64,000 nucleotides of DNA. Origin: Glaciimonas sp. Lineage in GTDB: Bacteria > Pseudomonadota > Gammaproteobacteria > Burkholderiales > Burkholderiaceae_D. The notes under the pieces are model-generated. The model was not told the DNA's origin and did no database searches. It was given only the letters and a program-made list of their open reading frames with translations. Numbering within the stretch: position 1 is the stretch's first letter; each line of letters starts with the position of its first letter. The translations under genes were made by a program, and so were the position numbers. Location: assembly GCA_012927625.1 (NCBI GenBank), contig JABBOV010000005.1:1691-65690 (forward strand). Direction: 5' to 3'. Shown here one piece after another: positions 54,049 to 64,000 of this stretch.

Positions 54049-55827
54049 TTAAAAAGTGCGTGCTTTAGGCGCAAAAGATTCAACCGTCAGCGGCTTGGTG
54101 ACTACCGGCTTGTACTCAAGTCGATTGTCTTCCGAGAACCACAGTGTGTGCTTCAACCAGTTATCATCGTCACGCTTCTCGTATTCGCGATGTGCGTGTG
54201 CACCACGCGACTCCTTGCGTGCGACCGCAGAAGTAATGGTTGCTTTGGCTGTCTCGATCAAATTATCCAGTTCCAGTGCCTCAACACGTGCCGTGTTGAA
54301 AACTTTCGATTTATCTTTAAACGATACATGCTTGCGACGTTCATCTAATTCCATGATTTTCTTGTAGCCACCTTGCAGCAATTCATCAGTACGGAAAACA
54401 CCGCAGTAATGTTGCATCGCTCCACGAATATCATTCGCCACATCCTGCACACGCTCAGAACCAACACTAGATTCCAATCGTGATAAGCGGGACAGCGCTT
54501 GATCAGTCGCATCAGCCGGCAACGGTTTATGATTCTTTTCTTTCAAATTACTTTGCACCAGATGATTACCTGCGGCGCGACCGAATACAACTATGTCGAG
54601 CAAGGAATTAGTGCCTAGCCGGTTGGCGCCATGCACTGATACGCAGGCGCACTCACCAATCGCGTACATGCCGTTAACAACCGCATTCGGGTTACCACCC
54701 TTGGGTGCGACCACCTGACCATGGATATTTACCGGAATTCCGCCCATTTGGTAATGGATTGTCGGCACAACAGGAATCGGCTCTTTGGTTGCATCTACGT
54801 TGGCGAACTTATGACCAATCTCAAGAATAGAAGGCAAGCGCTTCATAATCGTTTCGGCACCGATGTGGCGTAAATCCAGATTAATATAATCCTTGTTTGG
54901 ACCACAGCCACGGCCTTCTTTGATCTCTTGATCCATCGAACGAGAAACGAAATCACGTGGCGCAAGATCTTTGTACTGCGGGGCATAACGCTCCATGAAG
55001 CGTTCACCCTCGCTATTGACCAGAATGCCACCTTCCCCGCGCACGCCTTCGGTAATCAACACACCGGCACCGGCAACACCGGTTGGATGGAATTGCCAGA
55101 ATTCCATATCCTCCAGGGGTAAACCTGCGCGTGCCGTCATCCCGAGGCCATCCCCAGTATTGATATAAGCATTGGTTGACGAGGCCCAGATGCGGCCGGC
55201 GCCACCCGTTGCAAAAACCGTTGTCTTGGCTTCCAGCAGCATTACATCGCCAGTTTCCATTTCCAACGCTACGACACCCAGTACATCACCGTCGGCATCG
55301 CGGATCAAATCGATCGCCATCCACTCAACAAAGAAATGCGTCTTAGCGCGCACATTGCGTTGGTACAGCGTATGCAATAGAGCATGGCCGGTACGATCCG
55401 CAGCGGCACATGCGCGTTGCACCGCTTTTTCACCAAAATTAGCCGTATGACCACCAAACGGACGCTGATAAATTGTGCCATCAGGATTACGGTCAAAAGG
55501 CATACCGAAGTGTTCAAGCTCATAAACAACTTTTGGCGCTTCGCGGCACATGAACTCGATAGCATCCTGATCGCCCAGGTAATCACCACCTTTGACTGTG
55601 TCAAACATGTGCCAGTACCAACTGTCCTCGGCCATGTTGCCCAGCGATGCACCGATGCCACCTTGTGCAGCAACCGTGTGCGAACGGGTAGGAAACACTT
55701 TGGATAACACTGCCACGTTCAGACCAGCCTCAGCCATTTGTAGCGAAGCACGCATGCCAGATCCACCGGCGCCAACGATAATCGCATCAAAGCGACGAAC
55801 AGGAATTGCAGATTTAATTGCTGCCAC
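54049..55827 (-). CDS. sdhA: Succinate dehydrogenase flavoprotein subunit (GTG start)
   Basis: [26 protein letters not shown]. The start is assigned to the GTG (rc of 55825-55827), 2 nt after the sdhD stop. The upstream in-frame ATG would overlap sdhD by more than 50 nt. FAD-linkage region [10 protein letters not shown]. Confidence 0.95.
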   Translation of the reverse strand: MAAIKSAIPVRRFDAIIVGAGGSGMRASLQMAEAGLNVAVLSKVFPTRSHTVAAQGGIGASLGNMAEDSWYWHMFDTVKGGDYLGDQDAIEFMCREAPKVVYELEHFGMPFDRNPDGTIYQRPFGGHTANFGEKAVQRACAAADRTGHALLHTLYQRNVRAKTHFFVEWMAIDLIRDADGDVLGVVALEMETGDVMLLEAKTTVFATGGAGRIWASSTNAYINTGDGLGMTARAGLPLEDMEFWQFHPTGVAGAGVLITEGVRGEGGILVNSEGERFMERYAPQYKDLAPRDFVSRSMDQEIKEGRGCGPNKDYINLDLRHIGAETIMKRLPSILEIGHKFANVDATKEPIPVVPTIHYQMGGIPVNIHGQVVAPKGGNPNAVVNGMYAIGECACVSVHGANRLGTNSLLDIVVFGRAAGNHLVQSNLKEKNHKPLPADATDQALSRLSRLESSVGSERVQDVANDIRGAMQHYCGVFRTDELLQGGYKKIMELDERRKHVSFKDKSKVFNTARVEALELDNLIETAKATITSAVARKESRGAHAHREYEKRDDDNWLKHTLWFSEDNRLEYKPVVTKPLTVESFAPKARTF

Positions 55828-55829
55828 GA

Positions 55830-56195
55830 TTACACTCTCCAGAGAATCTGTGCCGACCAGGCGGCACAACCAATCAGCCACAGGAGTGTGGCAACTTGTA
55901 ATGCAATCCGAACCGAAACTGGTTTAACGTAATCCATCCAGACGTTACGAACACCAACCCAGGCATGATAAAAAAGCGCAAGGAAGGTCACAAAAGTAGC
56001 AATCTTGAACCATTGATTTGCAAACAGGCCAGCCCAGGCTTCGTAACTAAAACTGCTAGCCGCCAAAAAGCTCACTAACAACAAGACGGTATAAATCGCC
56101 ATCACAATTGCAGTTAGGCGCTGCACTAACCAGTCTTTCCAGCCGTAATGCGCACCGACAATCAAACGCCTCGGCCCAATATTATTTTTTGCCAT
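55830..56195 (-). CDS. sdhD: Succinate dehydrogenase membrane anchor subunit
   Basis: 121 aa with three transmembrane helices. Abuts sdhC with zero gap. Confidence 0.9.
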   Translation of the reverse strand: MAKNNIGPRRLIVGAHYGWKDWLVQRLTAIVMAIYTVLLLVSFLAASSFSYEAWAGLFANQWFKIATFVTFLALFYHAWVGVRNVWMDYVKPVSVRIALQVATLLWLIGCAAWSAQILWRV

Positions 56196-56618
56196 TTAAA
56201 ACACTCCAAATAGTTTCAGTGCAACCAACACAGCCAAAAACAGGCTAACTACTAAAACACCCATAGCGGACTTACGCGCCGAATCTTTGTCCAGCCCCAT
56301 ATGGGTATCCATTACGAGGTGACGAATACCGGCACAGAAATGATGCAAATAAGACCAAGACAGGACAAGAATGATCAACTTTACAAACCAACCGGAAGCA
56401 AATCCTTTAAAGTAGTCAAAAGAAATTTCAGAAGTGAGACTGCTATCTAGTAAATATAAAATAAAAGGCAGCATCAAAAAAATCAAGGCGCCGCTGATAC
56501 GGTGCAAAACAGACACTAATGCTGCCAAAGGCATGCGGTACCGCGCGATGTCTGTCAAATGAATATTCCGGAACTCCGGACGCTCCTTTTTTACAACCCC
56601 ATTTACGGCTTCTGACAT
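56196..56618 (-). CDS. sdhC: Succinate dehydrogenase cytochrome b556 subunit
   Basis: ERPEFRNIHL...VLHRISGALIF is the conserved SdhC N-terminus. Start set at MSEAVNG. Confidence 0.9.
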   Translation of the reverse strand: MSEAVNGVVKKERPEFRNIHLTDIARYRMPLAALVSVLHRISGALIFLMLPFILYLLDSSLTSEISFDYFKGFASGWFVKLIILVLSWSYLHHFCAGIRHLVMDTHMGLDKDSARKSAMGVLVVSLFLAVLVALKLFGVF

Positions 56619-56785
56619 AAGGTGCCCTCTCTTCATTTAACTAAAATAATATTGCCATTTTCGCCTATTTTTCACAGCGCCCAAATTAAAACTGCGTACT
56701 AAGAGCGAAACAGCGAACCCATTCATCAGGCACAATGAAATCCAATTCTGGAGCACACTGCACCTGGCTTAGCATTAAGCCAAGA

Positions 56786-57595
56786 CTAACTCAAGTCATT
56801 TTGGTAGTAATGCTGACTAGTCGAATACAGGGCGCGTCGCACTTCAACCGGCTTATCACCATACGTAAAAGAAACGCGCTCAACGCTTAACAAAGGGTCA
56901 TTGATGGTAATTTCTAGTAACTCAGCCACATCTTTAACAGCTGGAACGGCACGAATTTTTTCTGTTGCACGTATCATTCTGGTACCAAATTCAGTTTCAA
57001 AGAGCCCATACATCGGCCCTTTATATTCAATTAAGCGCTCTGCTGTCAAACCCTTGAAAATCAAACCGGGCAGCCAGAGTTCTTCTATGATGGTTGGGAT
57101 TTGATCAAAAAACTGGATACGCTTGATGAATACGACGGAATCTCCAGACTTCATATCCAGCAAACGAGCCACTTCAGCCGGCGACCGCAATCTTTTGATC
57201 TCAATGATTTTATTGTCTGCCGGACGCGGCGCTCCTACATCTGGCATCAACCTCAAAAAACGATACTGAGCCCGGGCTTCGTGGTGCGACGAAACGAAGG
57301 TACCTTTACCCTGACGACGCATTACCAAGTTTTCAGCTGCCAATTCATCAATCGCCTTGCGCACGGTGCCCTGACTCACCTTGAAACGATTGGCAAGCTC
57401 CATTTCACTCGGAATCAATTCCCCAGGCTTCCACTCACCGCTCTGCAGGCTTTGGGTAATAAGAGACTTTATTTGCTGATAGAGGGGACTGAACGTCGGT
57501 GGGATGCCGGGAAGAGTAGTTCCTGTCCCTACATTAGGGATAGCATTGACACTCGAATTAGATAAGACAGGATTCATAGCTTCTGATTTCACCAT
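56786..57595 (-). CDS. GntR family (HutC/UTRA subfamily) transcriptional regulator
   Basis: LYQQIKSLITQSLQSGEWKPGELIPSEMELANRFKVSQGTVRKAIDELAAENLVMRRQGKGTFV plus a UTRA-like C-terminus. Start at 57595 (alternative 57577). The longer track ORF would read through the 36-bp palindrome. Confidence 0.85.
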   Translation of the reverse strand: MVKSEAMNPVLSNSSVNAIPNVGTGTTLPGIPPTFSPLYQQIKSLITQSLQSGEWKPGELIPSEMELANRFKVSQGTVRKAIDELAAENLVMRRQGKGTFVSSHHEARAQYRFLRLMPDVGAPRPADNKIIEIKRLRSPAEVARLLDMKSGDSVVFIKRIQFFDQIPTIIEELWLPGLIFKGLTAERLIEYKGPMYGLFETEFGTRMIRATEKIRAVPAVKDVAELLEITINDPLLSVERVSFTYGDKPVEVRRALYSTSQHYYQNDLS

Positions 57596-57622
57596 AAATT
57601 GCCTTGTGCCGTCCAGTAAAAT

Positions 57623-57658
57623 AAATATAATATGTCTTATATAAGACATATTATATTT
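57623..57658. promoter_or_regulatory. Perfect 36-bp palindrome; candidate GntR/HutC-type operator in the sdh/mdh divergent region
   Basis: AAATATAATATGTCTTAT|ATAAGACATATTATATTT. The core TGTCTTATATAAGACA fits the GT-N-AC pattern of GntR-family operators. Confidence 0.55.
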
Positions 57659-57888
57659 GTTGACACACAAGAACTGCACCCCTAGACTTCTCGCTGAATC
57701 ATTCTTTATTTGATACGTGCTAGAGCCACAATGTTGATAATGATACGCCTGAATACAAAAATCCAAGTCGCCGTGCATCTTCACCGGCAGACTTGAATGC
57801 TTTTCGGGGTTATTATCAGCAAGAGTCATCTAACATGAATCACCTTTTTTTTATATAATTTATTCCTTTCCCTCACTGGAGATTCAAC

Positions 57889-58878
57889 ATGGCTAAAGCC
57901 CCCATGCGCGTTGCCGTAACAGGCGCCGCCGGCCAAATCGGTTATTCCCTGCTATTTCGCATTGCCAATGGCGACATGCTGGGAAAAGATCAACCGATTA
58001 TTTTGCAATTGCTTGAAATTCCTGACGAAAAAGCGCAAAAAGCACTTAAAGGCGTCATGATGGAAATTGACGACTGTGCATTTCCGTTGCTCGCTGGCAT
58101 GACTGCGCATGCAGATCCAATGACAGCATTCAAGGATATTGACGTTGCATTGCTGGTGGGCGCGCGCCCCCGTGGTCCCGGCATGGAACGCAAGGACTTG
58201 CTGGAAGCCAATGCGCAAATTTTCACGGTACAAGGCAAGGCACTCGATGCGGTTGCGTCCCGCACTGTAAAAGTACTGGTAGTCGGCAATCCGGCCAACA
58301 CCAATGCCTACATCGCGATGAAATCCGCTCCTGGTTTGCCAGCGAAAAACTTCACTGCCATGTTGCGCCTGGATCACAACCGTGCATTGTCGCAAATCGC
58401 AGCAAAAACCGGCAAGTCGGTAACTGCGATTGAAAAACTTTTTGTATGGGGCAATCATTCCCCAACCATGTATGCAGATTATCGCTACGCGACCATCGAT
58501 GGTCAGTCGGTCAAAAACATGATTAACGACCAAGTCTGGAACAAGGATGTATTCCTGCCTACCGTTGGCAAACGTGGCGCCGCCATTATCGAAGCGCGCG
58601 GACTGTCTTCGGCTGCATCGGCCGCCAATGCAGCGATCGACCACGTGCATGACTGGGTTCTTGGCACTAAGGGCAAATGGACCACGATGGGCATCCCTTC
58701 TGACGGCTCTTACGAAATTCCTGAAGGCACGATGTTCGGTTTTCCGGTCACGACCGAAAATGGCGAATACAAGATCGTCCAGGGTCTGGATGTTGATGCA
58801 TTCTCACGCGAACGCATCAACATAACACTCAATGAATTGCTCGAAGAGCGCGACGGTGTAAAACACCTGGTAGGCTAA
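57889..58878 (+). CDS. mdh: Malate dehydrogenase (LDH-like MDH type)
   Basis: [23 protein letters not shown] and GNPANTNA motifs; 329 aa. Confidence 0.97.
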   Translation: MAKAPMRVAVTGAAGQIGYSLLFRIANGDMLGKDQPIILQLLEIPDEKAQKALKGVMMEIDDCAFPLLAGMTAHADPMTAFKDIDVALLVGARPRGPGMERKDLLEANAQIFTVQGKALDAVASRTVKVLVVGNPANTNAYIAMKSAPGLPAKNFTAMLRLDHNRALSQIAAKTGKSVTAIEKLFVWGNHSPTMYADYRYATIDGQSVKNMINDQVWNKDVFLPTVGKRGAAIIEARGLSSAASAANAAIDHVHDWVLGTKGKWTTMGIPSDGSYEIPEGTMFGFPVTTENGEYKIVQGLDVDAFSRERINITLNELLEERDGVKHLVG

Positions 58879-58893
58879 AACCTTCCATCGGAT

Positions 58894-58933
58894 GGGCAAG
58901 TGATATGGCTGTTCGCAGCCGAATCACTTGCCC
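58894..58933 (+). terminator. Long hairpin after mdh (terminator-like, weak T-run)
   Basis: 11-bp outer stem GGGCAAGTGAT...ATCACTTGCCC enclosing GGCTG-TTCG-CAGCC. Confidence 0.45.
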
Positions 58934-58965
58934 GACATTCATCATAATGTCTGGATATATAGGGC

Positions 58966-59980
58966 ATGAATCCCGCTGAAGCCTTATTCCAAGGAAGGCA
59001 TCAACCGGTTTCACTACCGGTTTGCGATCACTATGCCGGCTCCGAAAAGCTAATACGCAAGTCGGTCGCGCTACAGCAACAATTTCGCCCTATTTTTGAC
59101 ATCACGCTCGATGCAGAAGATGGTGCCGTTACCGGCAACGAAGCATCCCACGCGCAACTGATCGCATCGATCATCAACAGCGAAGATAATCGTTTCGACA
59201 GAATTGGCGCTCGCATTCACGACCGCCGCCACACATTCTTCGAGCAGGACATCGCCATCCTCTGCCAAAGCGCGGCCAAACGACTGGCCTATCTGGTGGT
59301 ACCTAAAATTAATGACATAGCAGACGCCAGACATGTCATCGAACGCATCAATCAACATGCCCGGCAAGCTGGCCGCGACGCGCTGCCAGTACATTTGCTA
59401 ATTGAAACTCACGGCGCTCTGGCCGATGTTCATGCAATTGCGGCGCTGCCGCAAGTAGAGTGCCTGTCATTTGGCATCATGGATTTCGTCTCGGAGCATC
59501 ACGGCGCCATCCCCGGTAGTGCCATGTGCTCACCTGCCCAGTTCACACATGGATTGGTGGTGCGCGCCAAACTCGAGATTGCCGCTGCCTGTCATGCTCA
59601 CGGCAAGGTGCCGTCGCACAATGTCACCACAGAAATCAAGGATATGGCGATAGTCGCCAATGATGCCCTACCGGGCTGCGACAGAATTCAGTTATAGCCG
59701 CATGTGGAGCATCCATCCAAGCCAGATCAAGCCTATTTTGCATGCGATGTCGCCGCGAAATGCCGAGATCAATCAGGCCGCACTCATTATTTCCCAGGCC
59801 AGGGACGCCCTGTGGGGGCCGATACAGCATAATGGCGTCTTACATAACAGAGCTAGCTACCGCTATTACTGGATGATTTTGAAACGCGCAAAATTAAGTG
59901 GCATGGCAATACCGGATTGGGTTAACACTCTGCTGCTACATGAATGCACCACCACCCCGAAAACACTGCGGTGTAAATAA
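58966..59980 (+). pseudogene. HpcH/HpaI aldolase / citrate lyase beta (CitE)-like gene interrupted by a +1 frameshift
   Basis: The frame 58966-59697 ends ...AIVANDALPGCDRIQL*. The overlapping frame continues RAATEFSYSRMWSIHPSQIKPI. Removing one C from CTACCGGGC (about 59671-59673) gives ANDALRAATEF and restores a single ORF of about 337 aa. Confidence 0.7.
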
Positions 59981-60004
59981 CCGCCAACAAAAGAGACACA
60001 CCCC

Positions 60005-60478
60005 ATGAAAATTACATATTCCAAAATTTTTTTAACAATAGCTTGTATAGCATTTGTTGTGCCGCAAGCGCTGGCTGCCACGACTGCGCCTGCGAAATCA
60101 AGCAAAGCCAGCGCGAAACACGGCAAAGCAAAAAAACCCCTTGTAATTACTAATGCAACGATAGACGAAGATGATCTGGAATTGGATACCAAAAACGCGC
60201 TTTCAACTGAATATAACTGCGAGCTCGGCAATAAACTGACGATGTACCAGAATGCCGACGATGATAAACACATTGGCCTGGTCTGGAAAAAACACATACA
60301 TCGTCTCCAGCGCATAGAGACAACCACCGGCGCGAACCGTTTTGAAAACCGTAAATATGGCTTGCTCTGGATTGGCATACCGGCAAAAAGCATCTTGCTG
60401 GATACCAAGAAAGGTCAACAACTCGCCAATGAGTGCAAGAATGCGGCCCAAATGACTGCAGAGCTAACAGTGCGGTAA
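60005..60478 (+). CDS. Secreted small protein (possible MliC-like fold, tentative)
   Basis: Signal peptide (FLTIACIAFVVPQALAA). Two Cys flank YNCELGNKLTMY...TGANRFEN...LLWIGIPAKSILLD...ANEC, which recalls MliC-type lipocalin-like proteins. Confidence 0.55.
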   Translation: MKITYSKIFLTIACIAFVVPQALAATTAPAKSSKASAKHGKAKKPLVITNATIDEDDLELDTKNALSTEYNCELGNKLTMYQNADDDKHIGLVWKKHIHRLQRIETTTGANRFENRKYGLLWIGIPAKSILLDTKKGQQLANECKNAAQMTAELTVR

Positions 60479-60638
60479 GCCAGGTTTCCTCAGTTGACCA
60501 TGTGCTTTTATTTTCCATATCGACAGAAAGAATCCAGTTCCGCCTACAGCAAACACAGTTTTCACGAACGTGATTGCATGAATGCAGCGTTAATCCACTA
60601 CAATACGTGCCTCCCGTATCACTACATCGAAATTTCAC

Positions 60639-61859
60639 ATGCGTCGTCCGTCAAAAAGCTCCCCTCCCAAACTATCTACAGACAGCCAGCGTTTGATTGG
60701 CTTCAGCCATGCCATCGCGCAAGCCGCTAGCCGCCTGGAAGAACGCGCCTGGGAGCGCGGCTTGGACATATTGTCCCAAAAATTGTTGAAGAGTAACCAT
60801 CAGGACACCATTGACGCCGCGCTCAACAATGTTTTCAAGGCCGATCTTGATGCCTACGACTCGCTGGTCGAAGCCATCGAGGCAACCAGTGAATCCTGTG
60901 TGATAGAACAGGACGGCGTCCAGTTTGATGCGTTGCTGATTGCTGCACCCATTCTGGCATGGACCCGCTTTGCTATCCCGTCAGGGCCGATCGCGGAAGA
61001 CATACGCCAAACTCTGTCGGCACAACTAAGCGCACATCTACTCGCCGATGGCGCGCATTTGGTCGTCGCGCCAGCGCTGCTCTCAATTGACCAACTGCCC
61101 CACACGCACGCCGAAACCTTTGCGCTAACGCGCCGCATGGCACAAGCTGCACTGAAAAACCATGTCGTTCAATTTCCTGCCAAAGCGGCAGAAACAGTGC
61201 CTTTCCTGGCCGATATCCGCTACTTGCTGGCAACCGTTGTGGTTCCAATAGGGACACCGCTGTTTCGCTGGCAAATGCCGCAAAACCAGCCAAATGTCAT
61301 CGCCGATCAGCAGCAAATGCTGGCGCAATGGCAAGAGCAGGCCGCGCCCAGCATTGCCGGGCTGTTACCGGGTTGCGGCCTTGAATTACTGCTGCCAGAA
61401 GCGTATTACATCGCCTGCCGTGAAGCCGACAAGCAAATCCGCCCGGCAGCGATTCGTGCCGCCCAGCATTACCTGACCCATACACTCAATGTGGCAGCGC
61501 CTGATCTGCGCGCCATCATCGGTGGTTTCGGCGACGACAACGACACTCAACTCAGCGAATACCGAATCGGTTTTGCCATTGGCACACAGCCGGAAATCGT
61601 CTACGGCATCATATGGCCACTCTACGGCGAGGAAGACGATAGCGACCTGTCGATCCAAGATGAGCATAAAAGACCGATCGAAATCATCACAGATTTACTG
61701 CAAGAAGAAGGCATCACCAACATCAAACGCCACAACACGCGTTTTTCGATGGAATTTTGCGACGATTGCGGGGCCCCCCTCTTCGCCGATGACGAAGGCG
61801 AGCTAGTGCATCCAGAAATGCCGGAAGATACTCCACAGGGGAGCGAGCATTTTCACTGA
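60639..61859 (+). CDS. Hypothetical 406-aa protein (DUF2863-like by recollection)
   Basis: Clean ORF with a C-terminal CDDCGAPLFADDEGELVHPE segment. The family assignment is from memory only. Confidence 0.55.
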   Translation: MRRPSKSSPPKLSTDSQRLIGFSHAIAQAASRLEERAWERGLDILSQKLLKSNHQDTIDAALNNVFKADLDAYDSLVEAIEATSESCVIEQDGVQFDALLIAAPILAWTRFAIPSGPIAEDIRQTLSAQLSAHLLADGAHLVVAPALLSIDQLPHTHAETFALTRRMAQAALKNHVVQFPAKAAETVPFLADIRYLLATVVVPIGTPLFRWQMPQNQPNVIADQQQMLAQWQEQAAPSIAGLLPGCGLELLLPEAYYIACREADKQIRPAAIRAAQHYLTHTLNVAAPDLRAIIGGFGDDNDTQLSEYRIGFAIGTQPEIVYGIIWPLYGEEDDSDLSIQDEHKRPIEIITDLLQEEGITNIKRHNTRFSMEFCDDCGAPLFADDEGELVHPEMPEDTPQGSEHFH

Positions 61860-61894
61860 ACAGTGAATCCCAAATTATATAAATACTAGCAAAA

Positions 61895-61952
61895 GTATTT
61901 TTAACATCGCAAGGAAATAAAGCGGGAATGCTATATTTTTACAGCATACTCC
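61895..61952 (+). repeat. Three-box AT-rich intergenic repeat, copy E
   Basis: GTATTTTTA-N16-AAGCGG-N19-CATACTCC. In this copy, boxes 2 and 3 can also pair (GCGGGAATGCT...AGCATACTCCCGC). Confidence 0.75.
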
Positions 61953-61978
61953 CGCTTTCTATTAATACACCATCATTT

Positions 61979-63127
61979 TCACGCACCGCTTATTGGCAAC
62001 TGCATTCGCTTGATAGATTGCAGCATCGGCTGTAGCACTGCCGCACCCAAGCGCCTGCTGCGCGCACCGTTCCAGCCTAGTTCGGGGTCTGGCAAATTAA
62101 CGTTATCCTTGAACGGCAACTCCAGAGTCAAAGACAAGCACTTTAAATGATGACCCACATATTTTGATGCCAGGGTCAACATATCAGCTTGATATTTGCC
62201 AGGGAGATAGCCGACCTTATTCTGAAAATCAGGGTTAGCCAGCCGATAAGCATCAATAAACGTCTGCTGCTCTGCTAGCTGCTCCGCAGTGAATCCCTCC
62301 AGCATTTCGCTGCCGGCCACAAATACATACGGCAATTCTTCATCACCGTGCACATCCAGGAACAGGTCACATCCGACTGCGTGGATCTTCTCGCGCACCA
62401 CGTACACTTCCGGGCTGCGCGCCAGCGATGGTGTCACCCATTCGCGGTTCAGGTTGGCGCCTGCGGCATTAGTGCGCAAATTACCCAGAACAGCACCGTC
62501 TGGATTCATATTTGGCACCACGTACAACACCGCATCTGCCAACAAGCACCGCGCCACCGAATTGGCTGGGTCCAGCAGCGCATCCAGCATGCCCTCAACA
62601 AACCATTCCGCCATCGTTTCACCCGGATGCTGGCGCGCGATTACCCAGATTTTTTTGGAAGCGACAGGATTTCCCACCACCACCAGATCCATCTCGCGTC
62701 CCTGAATCGTGCGACCTAACGACTCCAATCGCACCAGTGGCGCAGAGGCGATTCGCCCCAGCAAGGACAAATGACGCTCCCAAGAATACGGCTCGAAGTA
62801 GGCGTAATACACGACATCGGAAGTTGGCGTATGCGACACCGTCATCACCTCGCCGTCAAACGTGGTAGGTACCCTAAACCAGTGCTCCCGATCTACACTC
62901 GCTACCGCCTGATAATCTTTCCAGCCATCTGGATACGTAGCCTTTCCTGCATTCAAAAAGCGTATCGTGCAAGGCCTGTCGCGCGCACCCTGCAGGCGAA
63001 AATAAAACCATTGGGTAAACTCGGCGCTGGAATCCTTGCGCAAATTCAAAACGATATCTTGAGGATCATCAGCGCGCACCACCTCAATCGCACCAGCGTC
63101 AAATTGTTGACTGATTGTTATCGGCAT
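61979..63127 (-). CDS. M14 family zinc carboxypeptidase (cytosolic-carboxypeptidase-like, with N-terminal beta-sandwich domain)
   Basis: QFDAGAIEVV is the FxSGN-like N-domain motif. ARQHPGETMAEWFVEG is the HxxE zinc site, and DLFLDVHGDEELP carries the second zinc His. Start set at MPITISQ. Confidence 0.85.
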   Translation of the reverse strand: MPITISQQFDAGAIEVVRADDPQDIVLNLRKDSSAEFTQWFYFRLQGARDRPCTIRFLNAGKATYPDGWKDYQAVASVDREHWFRVPTTFDGEVMTVSHTPTSDVVYYAYFEPYSWERHLSLLGRIASAPLVRLESLGRTIQGREMDLVVVGNPVASKKIWVIARQHPGETMAEWFVEGMLDALLDPANSVARCLLADAVLYVVPNMNPDGAVLGNLRTNAAGANLNREWVTPSLARSPEVYVVREKIHAVGCDLFLDVHGDEELPYVFVAGSEMLEGFTAEQLAEQQTFIDAYRLANPDFQNKVGYLPGKYQADMLTLASKYVGHHLKCLSLTLELPFKDNVNLPDPELGWNGARSRRLGAAVLQPMLQSIKRMQLPISGA

Positions 63128-63311
63128 AAGTAATTTTTTACCCAAACAGACTCGCGCAAACAGGCCGCACGCGATGTCGGGGCAACCTTATTGGAAATGT
63201 AGAAAGTGCCATTGTGCGTCTGGAAATCCGTTTCGTATAGCTACTCACAGCAAATTTTACACGCCCCAAACAGCTAAAATTTAGCGCCTTCAGCTATAAT
63301 CGCAAGTTAGT

Positions 63312-63388
63312 CGGGGCGTAGCGCAGCCTGGTAGCGTACTTGCATGGGGTGCAAGGGGTCGAGTGTTCGAATCACTCCGTCCCGACCA
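63312..63388 (+). tRNA. tRNA-Pro (anticodon GGG)
   Basis: CGGGGCG acceptor stem pairs with CGTCCCG; 3' ACCA is encoded. D arm is GCGCAGCCTGGTAGCGT. Anticodon stem CTTGC/GCAAG with loop ATGGGGT. T arm is GAGTGTTCGAATCACTC. TATAAT lies at 63295-63300, just upstream. Confidence 0.93.
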
Positions 63389-63396
63389 ATAGAATC

Positions 63397-63425
63397 AAAG
63401 GGTTACGGCGACGTAGCCCTTTTCT
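63397..63425. terminator. Hairpin with flanking A/T runs after tRNA-Pro (bidirectional terminator shape)
   Basis: AAAGGGTTAC-GGCGAC-GTAGCCCTTTTCT. It sits between the tRNA 3' end and the integrase stop. Confidence 0.6.
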
Positions 63426-63429
63426 CTAT

Positions 63430-64000
63430 TCACCCACGTAGCTGTTTCGTAGCTTCGCTGTATTCCAATTTCAATTCCACCTTTGATACATTGTCGGCGT
63501 AGCCTGCAAGATGCTCATCTGTAAAATGCGCATAACGCAGAACCATGTCGAGTGACGCCCAACCACCCAACTTTTGCAGCACCGGGAGCGACGTACCATT
63601 TTGTACGTGCCAGGTCGCCCACGTGTGCCGCAAATCGTGCCAGTGAAAGTCTTCAATACCTGCACGTTTTACGGCCTTCCTGAATGCCCTTTGGTTTGGC
63701 CGCTTTACCGGCTCACCCTTATATGTGAATACATGAGTCTGATGCTGAAAAAGCTGACGCCGGATCGCGGCTATCGCTTTATCATTTAACGGCACATGTA
63801 TTGCCTTTCGCGCCTTCGCTGCAGTGGCAGGTATCCACAACATGCGACGATCAAGATCAACTTGATGCCATTGCAAGCCGGTTACGTTTGGCATGCGCAA
63901 CCCTGTTTCCAGAGAAAAGGCCGCCATCGCTTCTATATGCTCCGGCAATTGTGCGAGTAGCCGCCCCGCTTCCTCGCCGGTCAAAAATCTTACGCGTTCG
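63430..64000 (-). CDS. Tyrosine-type site-specific integrase (phage-integrase family); N-terminal part lies beyond the right edge
   Basis: ETGLRMPNVTGLQWHQVD (catalytic R), HWHDLRHTWATWHVQNG (HxxR) and LGGWASLDMVLRYAH (catalytic Y). The reading frame stays open to position 64000. Confidence 0.85.
   Translation of the reverse strand, partial: ERVRFLTGEEAGRLLAQLPEHIEAMAAFSLETGLRMPNVTGLQWHQVDLDRRMLWIPATAAKARKAIHVPLNDKAIAAIRRQLFQHQTHVFTYKGEPVKRPNQRAFRKAVKRAGIEDFHWHDLRHTWATWHVQNGTSLPVLQKLGGWASLDMVLRYAHFTDEHLAGYADNVSKVELKLEYSEATKQLRG

Noticed and set aside
56786-57829. Full-length 347-aa version of the GntR regulator ORF. Similarly, the long upstream starts for the genes at 16895, 17460, 19538, 32141-33550, 34677-35717 and 41947.
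   Set aside because: The N-terminal extensions lack homology-like sequence and cross operator or palindrome or promoter DNA. Internal starts with an RBS give proteins that begin where the family normally begins.
57952-58650. 232-aa minus-strand ORF.
   Set aside because: Antisense shadow of mdh.

Overview
A 64-kb chromosomal segment whose gene order looks betaproteobacterial, Burkholderiales/Oxalobacteraceae-like; this placement is inference only, with no search run. It holds about 60 protein genes, mostly on the minus strand, and most are housekeeping. They include minCDE; a cbb3-like haem-copper oxidase operon; a complete suf Fe-S operon (Rrf2 regulator, sufBCDS, sufU, sufT, Rieske ferredoxin); surE-pcm-nlpD-rpoS; and rlmD. 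They also include a DinG-like helicase and a large TCA block: GntR regulator, sdhCDAB, sdhE, gltA, sucA, sucB, lpdA, zapE and a divergent mdh. A tRNA-Pro(GGG) is followed by a tyrosine integrase that runs off the right edge, which probably marks the start of an integrated island.

Accessory or decayed material: a multiply disrupted mtnP remnant next to an AT-rich insert, an ABC-ATPase remnant, an IS1595-family element abutting the helicase 3' end, and a frameshifted citE-like gene.

Observations most worth a second look:
1. An AT-rich intergenic repeat family with three conserved boxes at fixed spacing. There are five clean copies, all on the same strand, plus one degenerate copy.
2. A 628-aa MerR/TipA-like regulator fused to a SAM-dependent O-methyltransferase domain, sitting behind a classic 19-bp-spacer MerR-type promoter.
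3. A six-gene, translationally coupled operon joining an ECF sigma, a zinc anti-sigma, NrtS, an HD-GYP protein with a zinc ribbon, an FAD oxidoreductase and an unknown protein.
4. An oxidase subunit I with a CcoS/FixS-like module fused at its N-terminus.

No CRISPR array and no rRNA gene were seen. All functional calls rest on motif recognition in the supplied translations or my own; no database search was possible.
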